Below are positions 17,035-29,519 of a stretch of DNA of 64,000 nt, one piece after another; position 1 is the stretch's first letter; every line of letters starts with the position of its first letter. The stretch is taken from NCBI GenBank assembly GCA_963815195.1, contig CAWFGE010000006.1, forward strand, positions 64,001-128,000. Direction: 5' to 3'. This DNA comes from an uncultured Planctomycetaceae bacterium (GTDB taxonomy: Bacteria > Planctomycetota > Planctomycetia > Planctomycetales > Planctomycetaceae). The notes beneath the pieces are model-generated. The model did no database searches, had not been told where the DNA came from, and saw nothing but the letters and a program-made list of their open reading frames with translations. A program made the position numbers and the translations under genes.

Positions 17035-17860
17035 GTGGAGCTTCCACGGGCGTTTGGGCTTTGGGCGGCGAGGCTTTGCGGAGGCCCATCATCGGCGGCT
17101 GGCGGTGCACGCGCACCGGAATATACAGCACGGGGAACTTCGCATCGTCGGTGTGGATCCGCACGAGCGTGTCGTAACTGCCCAGCGGCACGGGGGCGAC
17201 TTTGACGTCGATGCGGGTCTGCTGGACTCCATTTTCGTCGGTTGTCGTTTCGCCCAACTCCGCCTTGACGAAATCGGCTTTGCATTCCACGCCGGTGACG
17301 GTGAGCGGTTTCAGACGGTTGTCGCTGACCACGATTTCCTTGGTCGTCGATTCCTCGCCGAACTGATACACCAGCACCGCCCGCGGGCTGACGTAAACCT
17401 GGCGGGGCGGCAATTCGAAGCCGAACGACAGCACGACCGTTTGCGGCTCCGGGTCGAGATAGCGGACGGTGATCGTGTATTCCCGCGGCCCCGGTTGTTC
17501 GCCCGCGGTGGCCACGTGCACCCAAAACCGCCCCGTCTCGCCCGGGGCGTATTCGAGCTTGTCCAACTGCGGCTTCAAACATCCGCAGCTGGGCAGGAGG
17601 GTCGTAATCGTCACCTTCCGATGGCTGGTGTTCGTAAAACGAAACAGCCCCCGCGCGTGGCTGACCGGTTCGAGCGGACCCAAGTCCACGGCGTATTGGT
17701 CGAAAGCAAGCGCCGGCCGCTGTTCAGGCGGCGCCGCGGCATTGGGCCTTGGTCCGGCCACATGAAAACCCAAAGAGGCGAGGCAAGGAAACAGGCCCGC
17801 CAGGATCAATCCCCAGCGGGACAGCCTGGTGCATCGCGGAACGGGGGCAGTCGGTTCCAT
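17009..17860 (-). CDS. DUF1573 (Ig-like) domain protein
   Basis: N-terminal TM/signal; FRFTNTS..VTI..PSCGC..APGETG motif. Confidence 0.8.
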   Translation of the reverse strand: MEPTAPVPRCTRLSRWGLILAGLFPCLASLGFHVAGPRPNAAAPPEQRPALAFDQYAVDLGPLEPVSHARGLFRFTNTSHRKVTITTLLPSCGCLKPQLDKLEYAPGETGRFWVHVATAGEQPGPREYTITVRYLDPEPQTVVLSFGFELPPRQVYVSPRAVLVYQFGEESTTKEIVVSDNRLKPLTVTGVECKADFVKAELGETTTDENGVQQTRIDVKVAPVPLGSYDTLVRIHTDDAKFPVLYIPVRVHRQPPMMGLRKASPPKAQTPVEAPQPRSGDSR

Positions 17861-18110
17861 CCTTTTGATCCCATAAAAACCACAATCGGGCAGGTTGGCG
17901 CACTCGTGCGAGCGGGATTGCTAGCAAAACCGGGCGTTTTGAGCAAGATGGAAATGGCGATTCAATAGAATCACAGAATTATGATTTTGTGGTAAACGAG
18001 CCCGAAGGATTCGTCCCGGTTCGCCGATTTCCGTTGTCATCCGCCGGGGGTTCGCGTTACTTTTGAGGAGATTCGAAGCACGACTGATTTTAGAGAGGGC
18101 GTATTCATCC

Positions 18111-19034
18111 ATGCCGTTGCATCCGAAAGCGGAAAAACTGTTGGCGGGCCTGGCTCGGTCGGACCTCAAACCGATCTGGGACACCCCGCTCGCCGAGGCC
18201 CGCTCGCTCATGGTGGAGACCAGCCGGCTGTTGGGGCCGTTCGACGCGGTCGAAACCATCGAGGACCGGTCGATTCCCGGACCGGCGGGCGAGATTCCCA
18301 TTCGGATCTACCGCCCCGCCGGCGAAGCGTTGCCGATGGTGGTGTATTTTCACGGCGGCGGGTGGGTCATCGGCAGCATCGATTCGCACGACGGCTATGC
18401 TCGCGCACTGTCCAAGTCCGCGAATGCCGTGGTGGTTTCGGTCGGATACCGCCTGGCTCCCGAACATCGTTATCCCGCAGCCGCGGAAGATGCCTATGCC
18501 GCCACAGTGTGGGCAAGCGAAAACGCGGCCGTCCTCGGCGGACGAACCGGCCCCGTCGGAGTCGCGGGCGACAGCGCGGGCGGCAATCTCGCGGCGGCGG
18601 TCGCACTCATGGCCCGCGACCAAAGCGGACCGGAAATCGGCTGCCAGATCTTGATCTATCCCATTACCGATTGCGATTTTGAAACGGGTTCCTATCGCGA
18701 TTTCGCGGAGGATTATTTCCTCACCCGCGATGCGATGAAATGGTTTTGGGATCAATACTGCCCCGCCCGCGCCGACCGCTATGAGGCTTACATTTCCCCC
18801 GCGCGGGCCGAGACATTATGGGGCTTGCCGCCGGCCTTGGTTTTGACGGCCGAGTATGATCCGCTCCGCGACGAGGCCGAGCTTTACGCCGGGAAGCTTC
18901 GCGACGCGGGGAACGAGGCAAAACTCATTCGCTACGAAGGCATGATCCACGGTTTCACCCGCCGGTTCCATCTGTTCGACGAAGCCCACCACGCGATGAG
19001 CGAAACCGCGGCGATCATCGAGCGGACGCTGTGA
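18111..19034 (+). CDS. Alpha/beta hydrolase, hormone-sensitive-lipase family esterase
   Basis: HGGGW, YRLAPEH, GDSAGG, DPLRDE, HGF. Confidence 0.92.
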   Translation: MPLHPKAEKLLAGLARSDLKPIWDTPLAEARSLMVETSRLLGPFDAVETIEDRSIPGPAGEIPIRIYRPAGEALPMVVYFHGGGWVIGSIDSHDGYARALSKSANAVVVSVGYRLAPEHRYPAAAEDAYAATVWASENAAVLGGRTGPVGVAGDSAGGNLAAAVALMARDQSGPEIGCQILIYPITDCDFETGSYRDFAEDYFLTRDAMKWFWDQYCPARADRYEAYISPARAETLWGLPPALVLTAEYDPLRDEAELYAGKLRDAGNEAKLIRYEGMIHGFTRRFHLFDEAHHAMSETAAIIERTL

Positions 19035-19035
19035 A

Positions 19036-20049
19036 TCACGCGGAGGGGATATTGTCGGATGCGTTTTGAGCGGCGCTCAAAATCGCTTGCACATCGCGGC
19101 CGGTTTCCGGCAGGCAGAGCGGTTGAAAGGCTGCGCCCGTCGCCAAGCCCCAGAAGAAATGCGCGGCGGCGTTGATGAGGTGCGTGGGCAAGTCGGGGAC
19201 TTCGACTGCGGAGCCGTTCGGATCGTCATCGGTCGCGAGCAGCAATCGGCCGCCCAGGCGGGGTTCCACGACCAGTGTGCCCTTGGTGCCGTAGATCACG
19301 GTGAGGTAGCTGGTGAGCTTGCCGATCTGGGTCCAGGAGCCTTCCGCGATCGCGAGGGCTTTGGGGTAATGCATGAGGACGAGGGCGTTGTCTTCCACCT
19401 TGAGATGCGGTTTGCAGAGCGTGGCTTTGGTGCCGGTGACCGAAGCGGGAACGCCCAACAGCACCCGCGCGAGGTTCGCCCCGTAACAGCAGTAATCCAT
19501 GAGCGCCCCGCCGCCGTTCTTGACCGGATCGAGCAGCCATTCGCAGAAGTACGGCGAACAGCCGAACTCCTCCGGTCCCTGGTGAGCCGCCCGGTAGCGC
19601 ACCTGCCAGATGTCGCCGATGGCCCCCTGGCTCGCCAAAGCCAATGCGTGCTGAAGCTGCGGCCACCAGGCGAACGGCCAGTTGATCATCAGCCGCACGC
19701 CGTGTTTCGCCGCCGCGGCGAGCATGCGTTCGGCCCCGTCCAAGGTCGCGGCCATCGGTTTTTCGATCAGCACATGCAGGCCCCGCTCCATCGCCCGCAC
19801 CGCGAGTTCCGCTCCCTGGGCATTGCTCGAAAACACATAGACCGCATCGAGCGATTCGCGGCCCAGGAGTTCGTCCAGGTCCTCATAAGCCCGGCCGCCG
19901 AATTCGCGTTGGACCCGCTCGCGAAGCGGCGCATTTTCGTCCCAGGCGGCGACCAGTTCCGCCGTTTCGCAATCCCGGAGCGCGGGCAAGTTGTCCCACA
20001 CATGGTCGTGGATCATTCCGAGGACGGCGACTCGATAAGGCGAACTCAT
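19036..20049 (-). CDS. Gfo/Idh/MocA family oxidoreductase
   Basis: HVLIEKPMA, GGGALMDYCCY, YGTKG. Confidence 0.9.
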   Translation of the reverse strand: MSSPYRVAVLGMIHDHVWDNLPALRDCETAELVAAWDENAPLRERVQREFGGRAYEDLDELLGRESLDAVYVFSSNAQGAELAVRAMERGLHVLIEKPMAATLDGAERMLAAAAKHGVRLMINWPFAWWPQLQHALALASQGAIGDIWQVRYRAAHQGPEEFGCSPYFCEWLLDPVKNGGGALMDYCCYGANLARVLLGVPASVTGTKATLCKPHLKVEDNALVLMHYPKALAIAEGSWTQIGKLTSYLTVIYGTKGTLVVEPRLGGRLLLATDDDPNGSAVEVPDLPTHLINAAAHFFWGLATGAAFQPLCLPETGRDVQAILSAAQNASDNIPSA

Positions 20050-20291
20050 GCGGACGACTCCTGTTGCTCACGCACCGATTTCCCTGGGCAGGGAGGAGAT
20101 CGTTCCATGATGGCAATCCCGCGCCTTCGTTTCCAGCCCAAGTGTGCGGCACGGCGCTAGCCGCCGGTCTTGGGACCGCCAAGAAAACAACTTCAGTTTT
20201 TGAACCAGTTAACAAAACCAGGGGGCTTACGCCCCCCGCTCGCCTGTTGGTCCCAAATGATGAAGTTATATTCTTCGCGATCCTTAGCGAC

Positions 20292-21290
20292 TTACGAACG
20301 CGGAGCCATCGGCGAGAGGAATGGCTGGCGGGTTTTCTGGCTGGGGATGTTCGGCCGCGGGCTGTCGACGGGACCAAAGAAAACCAACAGGCGGCGGTCG
20401 TACTCGGCCGGATCGGTTTCGCGGGCTTTGTTGTGGTTGGCCCCGGGGACGAGCCAAAACTGATGCTTGGCGGACAGCCGGCCGGCGAGTTGATTTGCGG
20501 TTTCCCGCGGCACGTAATTGTCGGCGGAGCCGTGGATCATCAGCACGGGCTTTTTTCTAAGCCGGGGCAGTTCGCGTTCCAAATGCACATACCGGCAACG
20601 TCGGCGGCTTTGACTGATCCGGCGAACGAGCGCCAGCGTGCCCCGTACGTGCCACAGAGGGAACAAGTTCATCACCCGGCGGGAAATGTACAACTCCGCC
20701 CAGCGGAGCGTGTAGTATTCCAAAAGTCCCTCCGTCGTAAAGGCCCCCTCCACGGCCACGCGGCGAATGTCCTTCGAGCGGGCGGCGGCGGCGAGGGCGG
20801 CTCCGCCTCCCCGGCTGATTCCCACCACGCCCACGGGAAGTTCCGCCCAGTCTTCCAGGCTCTTCACATACCGCACCGCGGCGAGAACGTCCTCGACTTC
20901 GTATTCCGTCACCCAATGCAGCGGCTCGTAACCGGGAAGCGTTTCGCTTTGGCCCTGGCCGCGAAAATCGAACGCGAACAGATCAAAGCCGGCGTTCCAC
21001 AGGGCCTCGCAATAATACAAGGCCGAGGTGGAGTCGCCTTCCATCTCGGGGCAGAACACGATCACGCCGCGCGGCTCGCGAAACGGCTGCCGATATACCC
21101 GCCCCAACAGATCCAAGCCGTTCGTGGTGGGGAAGCGGACAACTTCGCCGGGTTCCTCCAGAACTTGGGGGGCCTTGCCGAAGGGCGGTTTTCGCTCGAA
21201 GACGGGCAAAATCAACCGCGCCGCCAAACAGCGCAGCGCGAGGTCGACCAGCAATCCGCCCAATAGAATGATCGACAGAGTCCACGCCAC
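20292..21290 (-). CDS. Membrane-anchored alpha/beta hydrolase
   Basis: GTG with RBS ggagagg; FDFRGQGQS, GISRGG, IHGSADNYVP, GANH. Confidence 0.85.
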   Translation of the reverse strand: MAWTLSIILLGGLLVDLALRCLAARLILPVFERKPPFGKAPQVLEEPGEVVRFPTTNGLDLLGRVYRQPFREPRGVIVFCPEMEGDSTSALYYCEALWNAGFDLFAFDFRGQGQSETLPGYEPLHWVTEYEVEDVLAAVRYVKSLEDWAELPVGVVGISRGGGAALAAAARSKDIRRVAVEGAFTTEGLLEYYTLRWAELYISRRVMNLFPLWHVRGTLALVRRISQSRRRCRYVHLERELPRLRKKPVLMIHGSADNYVPRETANQLAGRLSAKHQFWLVPGANHNKARETDPAEYDRRLLVFFGPVDSPRPNIPSQKTRQPFLSPMAPRS

Positions 21291-22066
21291 CGATTTCCTC
21301 TCCCCAGGTGAATCTCTCGGAATATTCAGCACGCAGGGTGCCAGGTTATGTCTTGCCCCAAGCATAGCACGTTTTTTGGCACGCGGTCTGCTTGCGCGCG
21401 AAGGAATCGGACGCCGTGATCCAATGGCCCGCAGAAAGAGTGGACGGACTTTCCGCTTTCGGTTGACCGTGTGGTTTTCGCCTTGGGCTAGTTTTCGGCC
21501 AAACCCCGCGCCCAGTTTGGGGCATCTTGTCACGGGGCAAAGAAAACCGCGGCCCATTGGAGAAGACCAGCGGTCAGGCAAACTGCGAAAAAACGTCGGC
21601 CCATAGCGAACAGGGTTCGGCTTGTTCCCCGAGGGTTACGCAGGCACGGAATCTCGCAAGCTCGCATCCGAAAACAGAAAATCCAGATCCGCGGCGGCGG
21701 GCAAACGCGCCGCTCACCCGAGGGAACTTGGTCGAACCGCCGGGGATCGGAAATGGGCGGAATTTGGCCCGCGAAACATTGGAGTAGGTGCAGGATGAAT
21801 GGGAGAGAAAAAACATCAAGTCCGATTTATTTGTCCTTTAGGGATTTTCACGAAAAATCTTTCTCATTTCCCGGGCGGGAAATTCCCTTGACGATCCGCG
21901 GCACACGTCGCGCGGCGGTTGCGTGTTGAGAAGCGCGTTTTGCCCTCCGGTTTGACAACGTATCGACTTCCGTTTATAGTCAACCCTTACAGATCATCGG
22001 CGTACGCGTTAAGGCCTTTTTTTACCGCGGCTCCGTTCCCCACACTCGTCAATTTGGAGATTCCCG

Positions 22067-23531
22067 ATGTTAGTCATTCGTGGTGGCGTTGGACGGGACA
22101 CGTGCGATGGGATTTCCCGCCGGAATTTGCTGCGGGTGGGTGGCTCGGCGATTGCCGGGCTGAGCCTGGCGAATTTGATCGAAGCCGACCGCGCAGGCGG
22201 ACGAATCCGAAGGTCGTTACGGCGGTCCCGGCTTCGGCAAAGCCAAGAGCGTGATTCTGCTCTATCTCCAAGGGGGTCCAAGCCATTTGGACTTGTGGGA
22301 TCCCAAGGAAAACGTGCCGGATAACGTGAAGAGTGTTTTCAAGAACGTCTCCACCAAACTGCCGGGCGTGCAGTTCACCGAAAACCTGCCCAAGTTGGCC
22401 CAGGTCAACGACAAATGCACGATGATCCGCTCGATGAGCTACACGCCGATCGGGTTGTTCAATCACACGGCCGCGATTTATCAGATGCTCACGGGCTACA
22501 CCGCCGACAAGGTCAGCCCCTCCGGACAGTTGGAACCGCCCAGCCCGAAGGACTTTCCGAACTTCGGCTGCAATATCATCAAGCTCAAGCCGCCCACCGC
22601 TCCGATGCTGCCTTACGTGATGATGCCCCGGCCGCTCCAGGAAAGCAGTGTGATCGGCAAGGCGGGCACGGCCGGCTTTTTGGGCCGGGCTTACGATCCG
22701 TATTATCTCTACCCTCCGGGCGATGATATGGACATGAAGAAGATGGAGAAGATCAACGTGGACGACCTCACGCTGCGTCCCGAGATTTCGCTGTCGCGGC
22801 TCGAACGCCGGGCTCGATTGCGGGATCAGATCAACTCCAGCCTGCACGAGTTGGAGCAAGCCGTCTCTAAATACGACCTGAATGAATATTACGACAAAGC
22901 CTTGGGGCTGGTGCTGTCCGGCAAGGCCCGCGAAGCCTTCAACCTGGGGGCCGAGTCGAAAGAGCTTCGCGAGAAATACGGCAACAACACCTTCGGGCAA
23001 AGCTGCCTGTTGGCCCGGCGATTGATCGAAGCCGGGACCCGCGTGGTCGAAGTCAACTGGCCGAAGGTCGCCAACTCGGACAACCATTCCTGGGATGTGC
23101 ACTCCGGTTTGACGAAGCGGATGAAGGACCAGTCCGCCCCGATGCTCGATGCCGCTCTGTCGGCTCTGCTCGCGGACATGGATGAACGCGGGATGCTCGA
23201 AGACACGCTGGTGGTCGCGGTCGGCGAATTCGGCCGCAGCCCGAAGCGCGGCGTGAGCACCTCCGGCAACAGCAACAGCGACGATGGCCGCGATCACTGG
23301 CCTTACTGCTACACGTCCGTCGTCGCCGGCGCCGGCGTCAAACGCGGCTTCGTGCACGGCAAGTCCGACAAGACCGCCTCGGCTCCCATCGAGAACCCGG
23401 TGCATCCCAACGACCTGCTCGCGACGATCTACCACAGCGTCGGCCTCAACCCCCGCCGCACGATCTACAACCATCTCAACCAACCCCGCGAAATGGTCAA
23501 AGCCGACGCGATTACGGACATTCTCTCCTGA
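22067..23531 (+). CDS. DUF1501 domain protein (Tat-like signal); frameshift near 22187, probably an indel
   Basis: [57 protein letters not shown]. Confidence 0.88.
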
Positions 23532-23565
23532 CGCGGACCGGCTCCCAAAGCGTCGATTATCACTC

Positions 23566-23721
23566 AAACTGTAAGCGTGCGGGTGGCTGGGGCGCAAATC
23601 CCCTTTGAATAAGGCTTAAATTGCGAATGCTGGGGCTGTCACCGGGCGAGAAACACCTGACACGGCCCCAGATCTCCAATCTCCTTTTTCCTCGGAACAC
23701 TCCTTTGCGCCCAGCCACCCC
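23566..23721 (-). mobile_element. ~155-bp dispersed MITE/REPIN-like element, copy 2
   Basis: Diverged reverse complement of 2230-2386; inverted ends gggtggctggggcgcaaa / tttgcgcccagccaccc. Confidence 0.65.
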
Positions 23722-23957
23722 CTCCACTTTCGACTTGCAGTTTGAGGATGATAACAAATCCCTTCTCCCTTCGGGCGCGCCGTTCCGGGTGGCCAAAGAC
23801 CGGATAGGGTGCGCTCCGCGCCCGGCCCATTATCCCATCCGTAACTCCATCCGCCCGCGTGCATGTTTCGGACGCGGCGGTTAGAATGAAGGTGTGATAA
23901 CTTCCCGCCTGAATCTTCACGCCTTCAACCTCGCGGTTTGCTCATCGGAATGACCTC

Positions 23958-26348
23958 ATGAGACGCGAATTCTGGTTTTGCCTTTCGATACTCGTTTTCG
24001 TCTCTCCGAGCTTCGCTCAAACTCCTGCGAAGGCCGAGAAGCATTCGCCGTCAAAACCGGCAACCCTGGCGATTGATTTCGATCGGCACATCCGCCCGAT
24101 TCTGTCCGATGCCTGCTACGCCTGCCACGGACCGGATAAGAACGCCCGCGAATCGAACCTTCGCCTGGACACGCGGGCCGGGGCTTTTGCCGATTTGGGG
24201 GGCTATCGCGCGATCGTGCCCGGCCGGCCGGAGAAAAGCGAACTCATCCGCCGGTTGGAAAGCGACGATGAAAACGAAAAAATGCCCCCGCCCGCGGCCC
24301 ATCAAAAAATCACTCCGGGGCAAATCGAACTGATCCGAAAATGGATCGCCGCCGGCGCCGACTGGCGGGAACACTGGTCGCTGATCCCGCCCCAGCGAAT
24401 GCCGCCGCCTGGCGTCAAACACAATGCCTGGCCGCGGAACGCGATCGACGCCTTCATCCTGGCCCGCTTGGAACGCGAAGGTTTATCGCCGTCGCCTCCT
24501 GCACGGAATGAAACTCTGCTCCGCCGGGTCACGCTCGATCTCACCGGCCTGCCGCCCACGCTTCGAGAGTTGGAAGCCTTTCTCGCGGATGATTCTCCGG
24601 ACGCTTATGAGAAGGTGGTCGATCGCCTGCTCGCTTCGCCGCGGTATGGGGAGCATTTCGCGCTCGAATGGCTGGACGCGGCCCGCTATTCCGACTCCAA
24701 CGGCTATCAGCAGGAACGCACTCGCACGCTGTGGCCTTGGCGGGACTGGGTCGCCCGAGCCTTTAACAGCAACATGCCCTACGATCAATTTACGGTCGAG
24801 CAACTCGCCGGCGATTTGCTGCCCAACCCGACGACCGAGCAGCTCGTCGCGACGGGGTTTCATCGCAACCACATGCTCAACGGCGAAGGCGGGCGGATCG
24901 CGGAGGAATCCCGCGTGGAATACGTCGTGGACCGCGTGGAGACGACGGGAACCGTCTGGCTGGGGCTGACCGCCGGCTGCGCCCGCTGCCACGATCATAA
25001 ATTCGACCCCTTGACGCAAAAAGAGTTCTACGGGCTCTATGCGCTGTTTAACAGCATCGATGAAACCGGCAGCGTGGACCGCGGCGGCAACGCGAACCCC
25101 GTGCTGCCCCTCCCCACGCCCGACGAACAAGCTCGCCGCAAGAAACTCGAAACGGAACGCAAGGCTCTTGAGCAGGAGCTCAAAGGGGCGAATGAGGAGC
25201 AAAAGAAAGACATCCAAAAACAACTCGACCAAAACAAAAAATCCCTCGATGGCCTCAACAAGTCGGTCCTGGAAACCATGATTATGCGGGAGCGAAAAGA
25301 CCCCCGGCAGACCTACCGCTTAAAACGCGGCCAATGGGACCAGCCGGATAAGTCGGAAGAGATTCCGCCCGGAGTGCCGGCTTGCTTCCCGCCCTTGCCC
25401 AACGAGGCGCCGCGAAATCGGTTGGCGTTGGCGAAATGGCTCGTGGCTCCGAATCACCCTTTGACGGCGCGGGTGGCGGTCAATCGCGCCTGGCAGCATT
25501 TCTTCGGCACCGGACTCGTCAAGACCGCGGAGGATTTTGGAACACAAGGCGAGCGGCCGAGCCACCCGGAACTCATGGATTGGCTTGCCACAGAATTTGC
25601 CGGCCAGTGGGATCTCAAAGCTCTGCATCGCTTAATCGTCACCAGCGCCGCCTACAGGCAGTCTTCTCATGTCACGCCAAAACTGCAGGAACGCGATCCC
25701 GAAAACCGCCTGTTAGCCCGCGGGCCTCGGTTTCGCTTGTCTTCGTTGGCGCTCAGGGACCAGGCCTTGTTTCTGTCCGGGCTATTCGTCGAGAAACAAG
25801 GCGGTCCGCCGGTGAAGCCTTATCAACCCACCGGCGTCTGGCTCGATCTGACGTTGGGAAAAATCAAATACGAGCAAGACCACGGCGACAAGCTGTACCG
25901 GCGGAGCCTGTATACCTTTTGGCGGCGGTCGGTGGGGCCGACGATGTTCTTCGACACCCCGGCTCGGCAGGTTTGCACCGTCCGCCAGGCCCGCACGAAT
26001 ACGCCGCTGCATGCGCTGACCCTCATGGACGACATCACATATTTGGAGGCGGCCCGGTTGTTTGCCGAAAGACTATTTAACGAAGCCGGCGACACCCCGG
26101 AAGACCGCCTCAGTTGGGCCTTCCGGCTGGCGACCTCCCGTTATCCCACAGATAAAGAACTCAAAACATTGCTCTCCATTCTGGAGACGGTGAGAGGCAA
26201 GTATCAAAAAGATCCCACCGCCGCGAAACAGCTCTTGGAAGTCGGCGAGGCCCCGCGAGATTCAAGCCTTAATGAAACCGAACTCGCAGCGTACACGGCC
26301 GTGGTGAATGTGATCCTCAACCTCGATGAAGTCCTCACGAAAGAATAG
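23958..26348 (+). CDS. PSD1/PSCyt2 (DUF1553/DUF1549) planctomycete cytochrome c domain protein
   Basis: Signal peptide; [43 protein letters not shown]. Confidence 0.92.
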   Translation: MRREFWFCLSILVFVSPSFAQTPAKAEKHSPSKPATLAIDFDRHIRPILSDACYACHGPDKNARESNLRLDTRAGAFADLGGYRAIVPGRPEKSELIRRLESDDENEKMPPPAAHQKITPGQIELIRKWIAAGADWREHWSLIPPQRMPPPGVKHNAWPRNAIDAFILARLEREGLSPSPPARNETLLRRVTLDLTGLPPTLRELEAFLADDSPDAYEKVVDRLLASPRYGEHFALEWLDAARYSDSNGYQQERTRTLWPWRDWVARAFNSNMPYDQFTVEQLAGDLLPNPTTEQLVATGFHRNHMLNGEGGRIAEESRVEYVVDRVETTGTVWLGLTAGCARCHDHKFDPLTQKEFYGLYALFNSIDETGSVDRGGNANPVLPLPTPDEQARRKKLETERKALEQELKGANEEQKKDIQKQLDQNKKSLDGLNKSVLETMIMRERKDPRQTYRLKRGQWDQPDKSEEIPPGVPACFPPLPNEAPRNRLALAKWLVAPNHPLTARVAVNRAWQHFFGTGLVKTAEDFGTQGERPSHPELMDWLATEFAGQWDLKALHRLIVTSAAYRQSSHVTPKLQERDPENRLLARGPRFRLSSLALRDQALFLSGLFVEKQGGPPVKPYQPTGVWLDLTLGKIKYEQDHGDKLYRRSLYTFWRRSVGPTMFFDTPARQVCTVRQARTNTPLHALTLMDDITYLEAARLFAERLFNEAGDTPEDRLSWAFRLATSRYPTDKELKTLLSILETVRGKYQKDPTAAKQLLEVGEAPRDSSLNETELAAYTAVVNVILNLDEVLTKE

Positions 26349-26412
26349 GTTCCTTATCAGCCGGCACGCGCGAGCGTCCGGTTCAGCGATACGAGAAAAC
26401 CGGGGCGGACCA

Positions 26413-26454
26413 CCCTGCGGGCGGTGCCCCCCTGCGGGCGGTGCCCCCCTGCGG
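26413..26454. repeat. 17-bp tandem repeat (ccctgcgggcggtgccc x2.5)
   Basis: Copies at 26413 and 26430, partial at 26447, within a REP-like intergenic element. Confidence 0.7.
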
Positions 26455-26487
26455 CTATTCTAGTTTTTTTCACTCACAGGCTTCGTA

Positions 26488-27961
26488 ATGTCCGTCCCGA
26501 ACGAGAATATCCAATCGGCTAAACAAGAACTGCTCAGGCGCGAGTTTCTTACATCGAGCGGCATGGGTCTCGGGGCTTTGGCTCTCGGGAGTTTGCTAAA
26601 CCGGGATGCGAGCCGCGGCCACGTCGAGCCAATCGAATCCTGGTCTCAAAGATTTGCCCCATCTTGCGCCGCGGGCGAAGCGGGTGATTTATCTGATGCA
26701 ATCGGGGGCGCCGTCGCATGTCGATCTGTTCGACTATAAGCCGATCCTCGAAAAACGCCGGGGCGAAGAGATTCCCGAATCGATTCATAAAGACCAAAAG
26801 CTGTCCACGATGACGGCGGGCAAAGGCAAACCGTGTTTGGGGGCGATTGCTCCGTTTAAGCAGCATGGGGAATGCGGGGCGTGGGTCAGCGATTTTCTGC
26901 CGCATCTCGGCCAGATCGTGGATGATGTGTGCTTCGTGAAATCCATGAAGACCGAAGCGGTCAATCACGCGCCCGCGATGACGTTTCTCTTGACCGGGGC
27001 CGAGCAACCGGGCCGGCCGAGCATGGGGGCCTGGCTGTCTTATGGGCTCGGCAGCGAGAACGACAACCTGCCCACGTACTGCGTGATGACGTCCCGCGAC
27101 CGCGAAGGGACCTGCGGGCAGTTGTTCTATGATTTTTACTGGGGCAGCGGGTTTCTGCCGACGAAATATCAAGGCGTCAAGTTCCGCGGCGGCGGGGACC
27201 TGGTGCTGTATCTCTCCAATCCGCCGGGAATGACGACGGAAATCCGCCGCGACCTATTGGACGGCCTCGCCAGGATGAATTCCCTAAAATACCAAGCCGT
27301 GGGCGATCCCGAAATCGCCACGCGGATCGCTCAATACGAGATGGCCTATCGCATGCAGACTTCGGTGCCTGCGCTGACGGATCTTTCGACGGAATCCAAA
27401 GCCACGCTCGATCTCTATGGCCCCGATGTGACCCGGCCGGGCTCGTTTGCCTACAACTGCTTGATCGCCCGCCGGCTGGCGGAGCGGGGCGTGCGGTTTG
27501 TGCAGTTGATGCATTCCGGTTGGGACCAGCATCAAAACCTGCCCACGCAACTCATCGAGCAATGCCGGGACACCGATCAGCCCTCGGCGGGTTTGGTTCA
27601 GGATCTTAAACAGCGCGGCTTGCTCGATGAGACGCTGATCATCTGGGGCGGCGAGTTCGGTCGAACCCCCTTCGGGCAAGGCGATATCAACAACAAGAAA
27701 AAGCACGGCCGCGATCATCATCCCTATTGCTACACCACCTGGATGGCCGGCGGCGGCGTGAAGCCCGGCCACAGCCACGGCGAAACTGATGAATACGGCT
27801 ACAACGTCGTCAAGGATCAAGTCCACATCCACGACCTGCAAGCCACGATTCTCTATCTATCAGGCATCGAGCACGAGCGGTTGACGTTCAAGTTCCAAGG
27901 CCGGCATTTCCGACTGACCGACGTGCACGGCCGCGTCGTGCAGGAGCTATTGAAGAGCTAA
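26488..27961 (+). CDS. DUF1501 domain protein; frameshift near 26611, probably an indel
   Basis: RREFL Tat-like motif in 26488-26739; AKRVIYLMQSGAPSHVDLFDYKP, GEFGRTP, GRDHH in 26606-27961. Confidence 0.88.
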
Positions 27962-28076
27962 TACGATGCCTGGCTGCGAAATTGGGCCTGCGCGGAGAAA
28001 GTATTGAAATCTCCGCTCGCGGGCGACATAGTGGAAAGGAGGGCCGTTTCTTTCTGATGGGAAGGATCGATTGTTG

Positions 28077-29518
28077 ATGGCGGATGAATCGGAACCGAAA
28101 CCTCGCGGTTTGTGGGACGTGATGCGGCAACAGGGAGGCTCCGCATCGTCCGAGGGGCGCGCGGCCGAGCGGGCGTCGTCCGTCGCCGCCGACGAAGACA
28201 CCGAACAGCCGCAGTCCGGGGGCAAAGGTTTGTGGGAGTTGATGGGCGTTGCCTCGCCGCCGGTTCCCGAGGTTCCCCAGGCAGAGCCCGGCTTGGAGGA
28301 CCAAGAAGCCGCGCCGCCGCCCGCCTGGTTTCGCCGCAAGAGCGAAAACGATCTCCTCGCGGAAAGCGAATCCTCCACGCCGGCTGCCTCGGACGAGGTG
28401 GAAGAAGAGGACTGGACCGAAGAGGCCGCTCCCGAACCGGAGGAGGAAGTCGAGCTGGAAGCTGACGACCCGGAGGAGCCATACGCCGAACCGCCGATGC
28501 CGGCATTGGCGGAGCCGGTCCCGTTTTTTGTCACGGATTCCGAATCACCCGTGGCGGCGAAGTTGGCAAACATTGAGGTCAAAACCGGCCGCTCGCGGGG
28601 GGCGATGCTCAGCCTGTTGGTGGGATTGTTCGCCGTGCCATTGACGCTCTTGGCCGCGATGCCGGACGTCTGGACGCGAATCCCGCCGGCGCTGTTGGGT
28701 TTTGGGGCGCCGTAATAGGGCTGATTTCCTTTAATGAAATCCAACATTCGCGCGGCCGGCAAACCGGCGCGGGCTTCGCCATCGCCGGGATGATTTTGGG
28801 CACGCTGGCGATGTTCCTGGGGCCCTTGGTCATCGCCCCCTGGAGCGCCAAACAGCGGAAAGCCAGCGGGCGGGAGGTGACGCAATCGCATCTGAAAGAC
28901 ATCGGCCGCGGTCTCAATGAATATCACCAGCAGTTTCACGAATATCCCGCCGGCAGCACGTATCTCGTCGAAGAATCCGGCAACGAAATCGCCCTGCACA
29001 GTTGGATGACCGAACTCTTGCCATACATCGGACAGCAAGCGGCCTATCGTCAAATCGACCGGAGCAAACCGTGGGACGGCGGGTCGAACAAAGCCCCGCT
29101 CACCAAAGAGGTCCCCGCCTACCTGGCGGGCGGCGTGCAGGAGAAATATAACACCCGAGGCTACGCCCTCGCGCATTTCTCCGGCGTTGGCGGGCAGATG
29201 ACAATCGACGGCGGCAGCGTCGCCAATGTCGGGATTTTCGACCGCAGTTCCCAAGTCCGCCAGAGCGATATTCTCGACGGCCTGTCGCAAACCCTGGTCG
29301 CGGGGGAAATCGCCCAAAACTATCGCCCCTGGGGCGAACCGGGCAACTGGCGGACCGTGGGCGAAGGCCTGAACCGCGACAGCACCAGCTTCGGCAACGC
29401 CCAGCGCACGGGGGCTTTGTTCCTGCATGCCGACGGCTCGGTGAAGTTCTACTCCAACACCGTCTCCGCCGACGTCTTAAAACGCCTGAGCACCCGCGAC
29501 GGGGAAGACAACCGCTGA
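28077..29518 (+). CDS. Membrane protein with acidic N-terminus and DUF1559 domain; frameshift near 28708
   Basis: Acidic/Pro-rich region, TM helices, HLKDIG-GL-EYH, HSWMTELLPYI, DGLSQTLVAGE, FLHADGSVKF. Confidence 0.8.
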
Positions 29519-29519
29519 T